64,000 nucleotides of DNA, taken from Auanema rhodensis (taxonomy: Eukaryota > Animalia > Nematoda). Within the stretch, counting starts at the first letter, position 1. Each line of letters opens with the position of its first letter. Under the pieces are notes generated by a model. It searched no databases and was not told the DNA's origin. It saw only the letters and a program-made list of their open reading frames with translations. This document shows positions 12,000 through 25,399 of this stretch, piece by piece. The position numbers were made by a program, and so were the translations under genes. Location: contig OZ059900.1 of NCBI GenBank assembly GCA_964057225.1, positions 20,398,001-20,462,000 of the forward strand, in the 5' to 3' direction.

Positions 12000-14900
12000 G
12001 CGAAATTTAAAAAACTGGTTTTCCAGCATAATAAAATATTTCTCATGGGAAATACTGTGTTTTTGTATTTTTCTAGTGTTCAGCATGTAAAATGTTTCAT
12101 TTTAGTATGTAACACGCTGAAATTCGTTGCATTTGACGACTCATATGAACAAAAATCGATTTAATCAATATTAGCCATAAGGGGCGTGCCCTCAGAATAT
12201 GCTAATTTCCTTAATTTTCTAACCCCTGTTTTTTTGTCGTGAAAGTGGAACTATACGTTGTACGAACAATTTTGAGCTAGGTTTCATTGACATTGCATGA
12301 GTTTGAACACATGAAATCGTAAGTCAAAACCTTGTTTACAGCGAAATTTCCAAAAACTGGTTTTCCAGCATAATAAAATATTTCTCATGAGAAATACTGT
12401 GTTTTTGTATTTTTCTAGTGTTCAGCATGTAAAATGCTTCATTTTAGTGTGTAACACGCTGAAATTCGTTGCATTTGACGACTCATATGAACAAAAATCG
12501 ATTTAATCAATATTAGCCATAAGGGGCGTGCCCTCAGAATATGCTAATTTCCGTAATTTTCTAACCCCTGTTTTTTTGTCGTGAAAGTGGAACTAGACGT
12601 TGTACGAACAATTTTGAGCTAGGTTTCATTGACATTGCATGAGTTTGAACACATGAAATCGTAAGTCAAAACCTTGTTTACAGCGAAATTTCCAAAAACT
12701 GGTTTTCCAGCATAATAAAATATTTCTCATGGGAAATACTCTGTTTTTGTATTTTTCTAGTGTTCAGCATGTAAAATGCTTCATTTTAGTATGTAACACG
12801 CTGAAATTCGTTGCATTTGACGACTCATATGAACAAAAATCGATTTAATCAATATTAGCCATAAACGGCGTGCCCTCAGAATATGCTAATTTCCTTAATT
12901 TTCTAACCCCTGTTTTTTTGTCGTGAAAGTGGAACTAGACGTTGTAGAAACAATTTTGAGCTAGGTTTCATTGACATTGCATGAGTTTGAACACATGAAA
13001 TCGTAAGTCAAAACCTTGTTTACAGCGAAATTTCCAAAAACTGGTTTTCCAGCATAATAAAATATTTCTCATGGGAAATACTGTGTTTTTGTATTTTTCT
13101 AGTGTTCAGCATGTAAAATGCTTCATTTTAGTATGTAACACGCTGAAATTCGTTGCATTTGACGACTCATATGAACAAAAATCGATTTAATCAATATTAG
13201 CCATAAGGGGCGTACCCTCAGAATATGCTAATTTCCTTAATTTTCTAACCCCTGTTTTTTTGTCGTGAAAGTGGAACTAGACGTTGTACGAACAATTTTG
13301 AGCTAGGTTTCATTGACATTGCATGAGTTTGAACACATGAAATCGTAAGTCAAAACCTTGTTTACAGCGAAATTTCCAAAAACTGGTTTTCCAGCATAAT
13401 AAAATATTTCTCATGGGAAATACTGTGTTTTTGTATTTTTCTAGTGTTCAGCATGTAAAATGCTTCATTTTAGTATGTAACACCCTGAAATTCGTTGCAT
13501 TTGACGACTCATATGAACAAAAATCGATTTAATCAATATTAGCCATAAGGGGCGTGCCCTCAGAATATGCTAATTTCCTTAATTTTTTAACCCCTGTTTT
13601 TTTGTCGTGAAAGTGGAACTAGACGTTGTACGAACAATTTTGAGCTAGGTTTCATTGACATTGCATGAGTTTGAACACATGAAATCGTAAGTCAAAACCT
13701 TGTTTACAGCGAAATTTAAAAAACTGGTTTTCCAGCATAATAAAATATTTCTCATGGGAAATACTGTGTTTTTGTATTTTTCTAGTGTTCAGCATGTAAA
13801 ATGCTTCATTTTAGTGTGTAACAGGCTGAAATTCGTTGCATTTGACGACTCATATGAACAAAAATCGATTTAATCAATATTAGCCATAAGGGGCGTGCCC
13901 TCAGAATATGCTAATTTCCTCAATTTTCTAACCCCTGTTTTTTTGTCGTGAAAGTGGAACTAGACGTTGTACGAACAATTTTGAGCTAGGTTTCATTGAC
14001 ATTGCATGAGTTTGAACACATGAAATCGTAAGTCAAAACCTTGTTTACAGCGAAATTTAAAAAACTGGTTTTCCAGCATAATAAAATATTTCTCATGGGA
14101 AATACTGTGTTTTTGTATTTTTCTAGTGTTCAGCATGTAAAATGTTTCATTTTAGTATGTAACACGCTGAAATTCGTTGCATTTGACGACTCATATGAAC
14201 AAAAATCGATTTAATCAATATTAGCCATAAGGGGCGTGCCCTCAGAATATGCTAATTTCCTTAATTTTCTAACCCCTGTTTTTTTGTCGTGAAAGTGGAA
14301 CTAGACGTTGTACGAACAATTTTGAGCTAGGTTTCATTGACATTGCATGAGTTTGAACACATGAAATCGTAAGTCAAAACCTTGTTTACAGCGAAATTTC
14401 CAAAAACTGGTTTTCCAGCATAATAAAATATTTCTCATGAGAAATACTGTGTTTTTGTATTTTTCTAGTGTTCAGCATGTAAAATGCTTCATTTTAGTGT
14501 GTAACACGCTGAAATTCGTTGCATTTGACGACTCATATGAACAAAAATCGATTTAATCAATATTAGCCATAAGGGGCGTGCCCTCAGAATATGCTAATTT
14601 CCGTAATTTTCTAACCCCTGTTTTTTTGTCGTGAAAGTGGAACTAGACGTTGTACGAACAATTTTGAGCTAGGTTTCATTGACATTGCATGAGTTTGAAC
14701 ACATGAAATCGTAAGTCAAAACCTTGTTTACAGCGAAATTTAAAAAACTGGTTTTCCAGCATAATAAAATATTTCTCATGGGAAATACTGTGTTTTTGTA
14801 TTTTTCTAGTGTTCAGCATGTAAAATGCTTCATTTTAGTATGTAACACGCTGAAATTCGTTGCATTTGACGACTCATATGAACAAAAATCGATTTAATCA

Positions 14901-17900
14901 ATATTAGCCATAAGGGGCGTGCCCTCAGAATATGCTAATTTCCTTAATTTTCTAACCCCTGTTTTTTTGTCGTGAAAGTGGAACTAGACGTTGTACGAAC
15001 AATTTTGAGCTAGGTTTCATTGACATTGCATGAGTTTGAACACATGAAATCGTAAGTCAAAACCTTGTTTACAGCGAAATTTCCAAAAACTGGTTTTCCA
15101 GCATAATAAAATATTTCTCAAGGGAAATACTGTGTTTTTGTATTTTTCTAGTGTTCAGCATGTAAAATGCTTCATTTTAGTATGTAACACGCTGAAATTC
15201 GTTGCATTTGACGACTCATATGAACAAAAATCGATTTAATCAATATTAGCCATAAGGGGCGTGCCCTCAGAATATGCTAATTTCATTAATTTTCTAACCC
15301 CTATTTTTTGTCGTGAAAGTGGAACTAGACGTTGTACGAACAATTTTGAGCTAGGTTTCATTGACATTGCATGAGTTTGAACACATGAAATCGTAAGTCA
15401 AAACCTTGTTTACAGCGAAATTTCCAAAAACTGGTTTTCCAGCATAATAAAATATTTCTCATGGGAAATACTGTGTTTTTGTATTTTTCTAGTGTTCAGC
15501 ATGTAAAATGCTTCATTTTAGTATGTAACACCCTGAAATTCGTTGCATTTGACGACTCATATGAACAAAAATCGATTTAATCAATATTAGCCATAAGGGG
15601 CGTGCCCTCAGAATATGCTAATTTCCTTAATTTTCTAACCCCTGTTTTTTTGTCGTGAAAGTGGAACTAGACGTTGTACGAACAATTTTGAGCTAGGTTT
15701 CATTGACATTGCATGAGTTTGAACACATGAAATCGTAAGTCAGAACCTTGTTTACAGCGAAATTTAAAAAACTGGTTTTCCAGCATAATAAAATATTTCT
15801 CATGGGAAATACTGTGTTTTTGTATTTTTCTAGTGTTCAGCATGTAAAATGCTTCATTTTAGTATGTAACACGCTGAAATTCGTTGCATTTGACGACTCA
15901 TATGAACAAAAATCGATTTAATCAATATTAGCCATAAGGGGCGTACCCTCAGAATATGCTAATTTCCTTAATTTTCTAACCCCTGTTTTTTTGTCGTGAA
16001 AGTGGAACTAGACGTTGTACGAACAATTTTGAGCTAGGTTTCATTGACATTGCATGAGTTTGAACACATGAAATCGTAAGTCAAAACCTTGTTTACAGCG
16101 AAATTTAAAAAACTGGTTTTCCAGCATAATAAAATATTTCTCATGGGAAATACTGTGTTTTTGTATTTTTCTAGTGTTCAGCATGTAAAATGCTTCATTT
16201 TAGTATGTAACACGCTGAAATTCCTTGCATTTGACGACTCATATGAACAAAAATCGATTTAATCAATATTAGCCATAAGGGGCGTGCCCTCAGAATATGC
16301 TAATTTCCTTAATTTTCTAACTTCTGTTTTTTTGTCGTGAAACTGGAACTAGACGTTGAACGGACAATTTTGAGCTAGGTTTCATTGACATTGCATGAGT
16401 TTGAACACATGAAATCGTAAGTCAAAACCTTGTTTACAGCGAAATTTCCAAAAACTGGTTTTCCAGCATAATAAAATATTTCTCATGGGAAATACTGTGT
16501 TTTTGTATTTTTCTAGTGTTCAGCATGTAAAATGCTTCATTTTAGTATGTAACACCCTGAAATTCGTTGCATTTGACGACTCATATGAACAAAAATCGAT
16601 TTAATCAATATTAGCCATAAGGGGCGTGCCCTCAGAATATGCTAATTTCCTTAATTTTCTAACCCCTGTTTTTTTGTCGTGAAAGTGGAACTAGACGTTG
16701 TACGAACAATTTTGAGCTAGGTTTCATTGACATTGCATGAGTTTGAACACATGAAATCGTAAGTCAGAACCTTGTTTACAGCGAAATTTAAAAAACTGGT
16801 TTTCCAGCATAATAAAATATTTCTCATGGGAAATACTGTGTTTTTGTATTTTTCTAGTGTTCAGCATGTAAAATGCTTCATTTTAGTATGTAACACGCTG
16901 AAATTCGTTGCATTTGACGACTCATATGAACAAAAATCGATTTAATCAATATTAGCCATAAGGGGCGTACCCTCAGAATATGCTAATTTCCTTAATTTTC
17001 TAACCCCTGTTTTTTTGTCGTGAAAGTGGAACTAGACGTTGTACAAACAATTTTGAGCTAGGTTTCATTGACATTGCATGAGTTTGAACACATGAAATCG
17101 TAAGTCAAAACCTTGTTTACAGCGAAATTTAAAAAACTGGTTTTCCAGCATAATAAAATATTTCTCATGGGAAATACTGTGTTTTTGTATTTTTCTAGTG
17201 TTCAGCATGTAAAATGCTTCATTTTAGTATGTAACACGCTGAAATTCCTTGCATTTGACGACTCATATGAACAAAAATCGATTTAATCAATATTAGCCAT
17301 AAGGGGCGTGCCCTCAGAATATGCTAATTTCCTTAATTTTCTAACTTCTGTTTTTTTGTCGTGAAACTGGAACTAGACGTTGAACGGACAATTTTGAGCT
17401 AGGTTTCATTGACATTGCATGAGTTTGAACACATGAAATCGTAAGTCAAAACCTTGTTTACAGCGAAATTTCCAAAAACTGGTTTTCCAGCATAATAAAA
17501 TATTTCTCAAGGGAAATACTGTGTTTTTGTATTTTTCTAGTGTTCAGCATGTAAAATGCTTCATTTTAGTATGTAACACGCTGAAATTCGTTGCATTTGA
17601 CGACTCATATGAACAAAAATCGATTTAATCAATATTAGCCATAAGGGGCGTGCCCTCAGAATATGCTAATTTCATTAATTTTCTAACCCCTATTTTTTGT
17701 CGTGAAAGTGGAACTAGACGTTGTACGAACAATTTTGAGCTAGGTTTCATTGACATTGCATGAGTTTGAACACATGAAATCGTAAGTCAAAACCTTGTTT
17801 ACAGCGAAATTTCCAAAAACTGGTTTTCCAGCATAATAAAATATTTCTCATGGGAAATACTGTGTTTTTGTATTTTTCTAGTGTTCAGCATGTAAAATGC

Positions 17901-20400
17901 TTCATTTTAGTATGTAACACCCTGAAATTCGTTGCATTTGACGACTCATATGAACAAAAATCGATTTAATCAATATTAGCCATAAGGGGCGTGCCCTCAG
18001 AATATGCTAATTTCCTTAATTTTCTAACCCCTGTTTTTTTGTCGTGAAAGTGGAACTAGACGTTGTACGAACAATTTTGAGCTAGGTTTCATTGACATTG
18101 CATGAGTTTGAACACATGAAATCGTAAGTCAGAACCTTGTTTACAGCGAAATTTAAAAAACTGGTTTTCCAGCATAATAAAATATTTCTCATGGGAAATA
18201 CTGTGTTTTTGTATTTTTCTAGTGTTCAGCATGTAAAATGCTTCATTTTAGTATGTAACACGCTGAAATTCGTTGCATTTGACGACTCATATGAACAAAA
18301 ATCGATTTAATCAATATTAGCCATAAGGGGCGTACCCTCAGAATATGCTAATTTCCTTAATTTTCTAACCCCTGTTTTTTTGTCGTGAAAGTGGAACTAG
18401 ACGTTGTACGAACAATTTTGAGCTAGGTTTCATTGACATTGCATGAGTTTGAACACATGAAATCGTAAGTCAAAACCTTGTTTACAGCGAAATTTCCAAA
18501 AACTGGTTTTCCAGCATAATAAAATATTTCTCATGGGAAATACTGTGTTTTTGTATTTTTCTAGTGTTCAGCATGTAAAATGCTTCATTTTAGTATGTAA
18601 CACCCTGAAATTCGTTGCATTTGACGACTCATATGAACAAAAATCGATTTAATCAATATTAGCCATAAGGGGCGTGCCCTCAGAATATGCTAATTTCCTT
18701 AATTTTCTAACCCCTGTTTTTTTGTCGTGAAAGTGGAACTAGACGTTGTACGAACAATTTTGAGCTAGGTTTCATTGACATTGCATGAGTTTGAACACAT
18801 GAAATCGTAAGTCAAAACCTTGTTTACAGCGAAATTTAAAAAACTGGTTTTCCAGCATAATAAAATATTTCTCATGGGAAATACTGTGTTTTTGTATTTT
18901 TCTAGTGTTCAGCATGTAAAATGCTTCATTTTAGTGTGTAACACGCTGAAATTCGTTGCATTTGACGACTCATATGAACAAAAATCGATTTAATCAATAT
19001 TAGCCATAAGGGGCGTGCCCTCAGAATATGCTAATTTCCTTAATTTTCTAACCCCTGTTTTTTTGTCGTGAAAGTGGAACTAGACGTTGTACGAACAATT
19101 TTGAGCTAGGTTTCATTGACATTGCATGAGTTTGAACACATGAAATCGTAAGTCAAAACCTTGTTTACAGCGAAATTTAAAAAACTGGTTTTCCAGCATA
19201 ATAAAATATTTCTCATGGGAAATACTGTGTTTTTGTATTTTTCTAGTGTTCAGCATGTAAAATGTTTCATTTTAGTATGTAACACGCTGAAATTCGTTGC
19301 ATTTGACGACTCATATGAACAAAAATCGATTTAATCAATATTAGCCATAAGGGGCGTGCCCTCAGAATATGCTAATTTCCGTAATTTTCTAACCCCTGTT
19401 TTTTTGTCGTGAAAGTGGAACTAGACGTTGTACGAACAATTTTGAGCTAGGTTTCATTGACATTGCATGAGTTTGAACACATGAAATCGTAAGTCAAAAC
19501 CTTGTTTACAGCGAAATTTAAAAAACTGGTTTTCCAGCATAATAAAATATTTCTCATGGGAAATACTGTGTTTTTGTATTTTTCTAGTGTTCAGCATGTA
19601 AAATGCTTCATTTTAGTATGTAACACGCTGAAATTCGTTGCATTTGACGACTCATATGAACAAAAATCGATTTAATCAATATTAGCCATAAGGGGCGTGC
19701 CCTCAGAATATGCTAATTTCCTTAATTTTCTAACCCCTGTTTTTTTGTCGTGAAAGTGGAACTAGACGTTGTACGAACTATTTTGAGCTAGGTTTCATTG
19801 ACATTGCATGAGTTTGAACACATGAAATCGTAAGTCAAAACCTTGTTTACAGCGAAATTTAAAAAACTGGTTTTCCAGCATAATAAAATATTTCTCATGG
19901 GAAATACTGTGTTTTTGTATTTTTCTAGTGTTCAGCATGTAAAATGCTTCATTTTAGTATGTAACACGCTGAAATTCCTTGCATTTGACGACTCATATGA
20001 ACAAAAATCGATTTAATCAATATTAGCCATAAGGGGCGTGCCCTCAGAATATGCTAATTTCCTTAATTTTCTAACTTCTGTTTTTTTGTCGTGAAACTGG
20101 AACTAGACGTTGAACGGACAATTTTGAGCTAGGTTTCATTGACATTGCATGAGTTTGAACACATGAAATCGTAAGTCAAAACCTTGTTTACAGCGAAATT
20201 TCCAAAAACTGGTTTTCCAGCATAATAAAATATTTCTCAAGGGAAATACTGTGTTTTTGTATTTTTCTAGTGTTCAGCATGTAAAATGCTTCATTTTAGT
20301 ATGTAACACGCTGAAATTCGTTGCATTTGACGACTCATATGAACAAAAATCGATTTAATCAATATTAGCCATAAGGGGCGTGCCCTCAGAATATGCTAAT
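12000..20400 (+). repeat. Sub-domain with local 6-mer and 3-mer duplications
   Basis: AATGTTTCAT/CATGAGAAA/CCGTAATT at ~12094/12389/12551 and ~14144/14439/14601 (offset 2050). AGTCAGAAC at ~15742, 16766 and 18131. TTCCTTGC + AACTTCTG at ~16223, 17247 and 19977. Confidence 0.8.
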
Positions 20401-23400
20401 TTCCTTAATTTTCTAACCCCTGTTTTTTTGTCGTGAAAGTGGAACTAGACGTTGTACGAACAATTTTGAGCTAGGTTTCATTGACATTGCATGAGTTTGA
20501 ACACATGAAATCGTAAGTCAAAACCTTGTTTACAGCGAAATTTCCAAAAACTGGTTTTCCAGCATAATAAAATATTTCTCATGGGAAATACTGTATTTTT
20601 GTATTTTTCTAGTGTTCAGCATGTAAAATGCTTCATTTTAGTATGTAACACGCTGAAATTCGTTGCACTTGACGACTCATATGAACAAAAATCGATTTAA
20701 TCAATATTAGCCATAAAGGGCGTGCCCTCAGAATATGCTAATTTCATTAATTTTCTAACCCCTGTTTTTTTGTCGTGAAAGTGGAACTAGACGTTGTACG
20801 AACAATTTTGAGCTAGGTTTCATTGACATTGCATAAGTTTGAACACATGAAATCGTAAGTCAAAACCTTGTTTACAGCGAAATTTCCAAAAACTGGTTTT
20901 CCAGCATAATAAAATATTTCTCATGGGAAATACTGTGTTTTTGTATTTTTTTAGTGTTCAGCATGTAAAATGCTTCATTTTAGTATGTAACACGCTGAAA
21001 TTCGTTGCATTTGACGACTCATATGAACAAAAATCGATTTAATCAATATTAGCCATAAGGGGCGTGCCCTCAGAATATGCTAATTTCATTAATTTTCTAA
21101 CCCCTATTTTTTGTCGTGAAAGTGGAACTAGACGTTGTACGAACAATTTTGAGCTGGGTTTCATTGACATTGCATGAGTTTGAACACATGAAATCGTAAG
21201 TCAAAACCTTGTTTACAGCGAAATTTCCAAAAACTGGTTTTCCAGCATAATAAGATATTTCTCATGGGAAATACTGTGTTTTTGTATTTTTTCAGTGTTC
21301 AGCATGTAAAATGCTTCATTTTAGTATGTAACACGCTGAAATTTGTTGCATTTGACGACTCATATGAACAAAAATCGATTTAATCAATATTAGCCATAAG
21401 GGGCGTGCCCTCAGAATATGCTAATTTCCTTAATTTTCTAACCCCTGTTTTTTTGTCGTGAAAGTGGAACTAGACGTTGTACGAACAATTTTGAGCTAGG
21501 TTTCATTGACATTGCATGAGGTTGAACACATGAAATCGTAAGTCAAAACCTTGTTTACAGCGAAATTTCCAAAAACTGGTTTTCCAGCATAATAAAATAT
21601 TTCTCATGGGAAATACTGTGTTTTTGTATTTTTCTAGTGTTCAGCATGTAAAATGCTTCATTTTAGTATGTAACACGCTGAAATTCGTTGCATTTGACGA
21701 CTCATATGAACAAAAATCGATTTAATCAATATGAGCCATAAGGGGCGTGCCCTCAGAATATGCTAATTTCCTTAATTTTCTAACCCCTGTTTTTTTGTCG
21801 TGAAAGTGGAACTAGACGTTGTACGAACAATTTTGAGCTAGGTTTCATTGACATTGCATGAGTTTGAACACATGAAATCGTAAGTCAAAACCTTGTTTAC
21901 AGCGAAATTTAAAAAACTGGTTTTCCAGCATAATAAAATATTTCTCATGGGAAATACTGTGTTTTTGTATTTTTCTAGTGTTCAGCATGTAAAATGCTTC
22001 ATTTTAGTATGTAACACGCTGAAATTCGTTGCATTTGACGACTCATATGAACAAAAATCGATTTAATCAATATTAGCCATAAGGGGCGTGCCCTCAGAAT
22101 ATGCTAATTTCCTTAATTTTCTAACCCCTGTTTTTTTGTCGTGAAAGTGGAACTAGACGTTGAACGGACAATTTTGAGCTAGGTTTCATTGACATTGCAT
22201 GAGTTTGAACACATGAAATCGTAAGTCAAAACCTTGTTTACAGCGAAATTTCCAAAAACTGGTTTGCCAGCATAATAAAATATTTCTCAAGGGAAATACT
22301 GTGTTTTTGTATTTTTCTAGTGTTCAGCATGTAAAATGCTTCATTTTAGTATGTAACACGCTGAAATTCGTTGCATTTGACGACTCATATGAACAAAAAT
22401 CGATTTAATCAATATTAGCCATAAGGGGCGTGCCCTCAGAATATGCTAATTTCCTTCATTTTCTAACCCCTGTTTTTTTGTCGTGAAAGTGGAACTAGAC
22501 GTTGTACGGACAATTTTGAGCTAGGTTTCATTGACATTGCATGAGTTTGAACACATGAAATCGTAAGTCAAAACCTTGTTTACAGCGAAATTTAAAAAAC
22601 TGGTTTTCCAGCATAATAAAATATTTCTCATGGGAAATACTGTGTTTTTGTATTTTTCTAGTGTTCAGCATGTAAAATGCTTCATTTAAGTATGTAACAC
22701 GCTGAAATTCGTTGCATTTGACGACTCATATGAACAAAAATCGATTTAATCAATATTAGCCATAAGGGGCGTGCCCTCAGAATATGCTAATTTCCTTAAT
22801 TTTCTAACCCCTGTTTTTTTTGTCGTGAAAGTGGAACTAGACGTTGAACGGACAATTTTGAGCTAGGTTTCATTGACATTGCATGAGTTTGAACACATGA
22901 AATCGTAAGTCAAAACCTTGTTTACAGCGAAATTTCCAAAAACTGGTTTTCCAGCATAATAAAATATTTCTCATGGGAAATACTGTGTTTTTGTATTTTT
23001 CTAGTGTTCAGCATGTAAAATGCTTCATTTTAGTATGTAACACGCTGAAATTCGTTGCATTTGACGACTCATATGAACAAAAATCGATTTAATCAATATT
23101 AGCCATAAGGGGCGTGCCCTCAGAATATGCTAATTTCCTTAATTTTCTAACCCCTGTTTTTTTGTCGTGAAAGTGGAACTAGACGTTGTACTAACAATTT
23201 TGAGCTAGGTTTCATTGACATTGCATGAGTTTGAACACATGAAATTGTAAGTCAAAACCTTGTTTACAGCGAAATTTCCAAAAACTGGTTTTCCAGCATA
23301 ATAAAATATTTCTCATGGGAAATACTGTGTTTTTGTATTTTTCTAGTGTTCAGCATGTAAAATGCTTCATTTTAGTATGTAACACGCTGAAATTCGTTGC

Positions 23401-25399
23401 ATTTGACGACTCATATGAACAAAAATCGATTTAATCAATATTAGCCATAAGGGGCGTGCCCTCAGAATATGCTAATTTCCTTAATTTTCTAACCCCTGTT
23501 TTTTTGTCGTGAAAGTGGAACTAGACGTTGTACGAACAATTTTGAGCTAGGTTTCATTGACATTGCATGAGTTTGAACACATGAAATCGTAAGTCAAAAC
23601 CTTGTTTACAGCGAAATTTCCAAAAACTGGTTTTCTAGCATAATAAAATATTTCTCATGGGAAATACTGTGTTTTTGTATTTTTCTAGTGTTCAGCATCT
23701 AAAATGCTTCATTTTAGTATGTAACACGCTGAAATTCGTTGCTTTTGACGACTCATATGAACAAAAATCGATTTAATCAATATTTGCCATAAGGGGCGTG
23801 CCCTCAGAATATGCTAATTTCCTTAATTTTCTAACCCCTGTTTTTTTGTCGTGAAAGTGGAACTAGACGTTGTAGGAACAATTTTGAGCTTGGTTTCATT
23901 GACATTGCATGAGTTTGAACACATGAAATCGTAAGTCAAAACCTTGTTTACAGCGAAATTTCCAAAAACTGGTTTTCTAGCATAATAAAATATTTCTCAT
24001 GGGAAATACTGTGTTTTTGTATTTTTCTAGTGTTCAGCATCTAAAATGCTTCATTTTAGTATGTAACACGCTGAAATTCGTTGCATTTGACGACTCATAT
24101 GAACAAAAATCGATTTAATCAATATTAGCCATAAGGGGCGTGCCCTCAGAATATGCTAATTTCCTTAATTTTCTAACCCCTGTTTTTTTGTCGTGAAAGT
24201 GGAACTAGACGTTGTACGAACAATTTTGAGCTAGGTTTCATTGACATTGCATGAGTTTGAACACATGAAATCGTAAGTCAAAACCTTGTTTACAGCGAAA
24301 TTTCCAAAAACTGGTTTTCCAGCATAATAAAATATTTCTCATGGGAAATACTGTGTTTTTGTATTTTTCTAGTGTTCAGCATGTAAAATGCTTCATTTTA
24401 GTATGTAACACGCTGAAATTCGTTGCATTTGACGACTCATATGAACAAAAATCGATTTAATCAATATTAGCCATAAGGGGCGTGCCCTCAGAATATGCTA
24501 ATTTCCTTAATTTTCTAACCCCTGTTTTTTTGTCGTGAAAGTGGAACTAGACGTTGTACGAACAATTTTGAGCTAGGTTTCATTGACATTGCATGAGTTT
24601 GAACACATGAAATCGTAAGTCAAAACCTTGTTTACAGCGAAATTTCCAAAAACTGGTTTTCTAGCATAATAAAATATTTCTCATGGGAAATACTGTGTTT
24701 TTGTATTTTTCTAGTGTTCAGCATCTAAAATGCTTCATTTTAGTATGTAACACGCTGAAATTCGTTGCTTTTGACGACTCATATGAACAAAAATCGATTT
24801 AATCAATATTTGCCATAAGGGGCGTGCCCTCAGAATATGCTAATTTCCTTAATTTTCTAACCCCTGTTTTTTTGTCGTGAAAGTGGAACTAGACGTTGTA
24901 GGAACAATTTTGAGCTTGGTTTCATTGACATTGCATGAGTTTGAACACATGAAATCGTAAGTCAAAACCTTGTTTACAGCGAAATTTCCAAAAACTGGTT
25001 TTCTAGCATAATAAAATATTTCTCATGGGAAATACTGTGTTTTTGTATTTTTCTAGTGTTCAGCATCTAAAATGCTTCATTTTAGTATGTAACACGCTGA
25101 AATTCGTTGCATTTGACGACTCATATGAACAAAAATCGATTTAATCAATATTAGCCATAAGGGGCGTGCCCTCAGAATATGCTAATTTCCTTAATTTTCT
25201 AACCCCTGTTTTTTTGTCGTGAAAGTGGAACTAGACGTTGTACGAACAATTTTGAGCTAGGTTTCATTGACATTGCATGAGTTTGAACACATGAAATCGT
25301 AAGTCAAAACCTTGTTTACAGCGAAATTTCCAAAAACTGGTTTTCCAGCATAATAAAATATTTCTCATGGGAAATACTGTGTTTTTGTATTTTTCTAGT

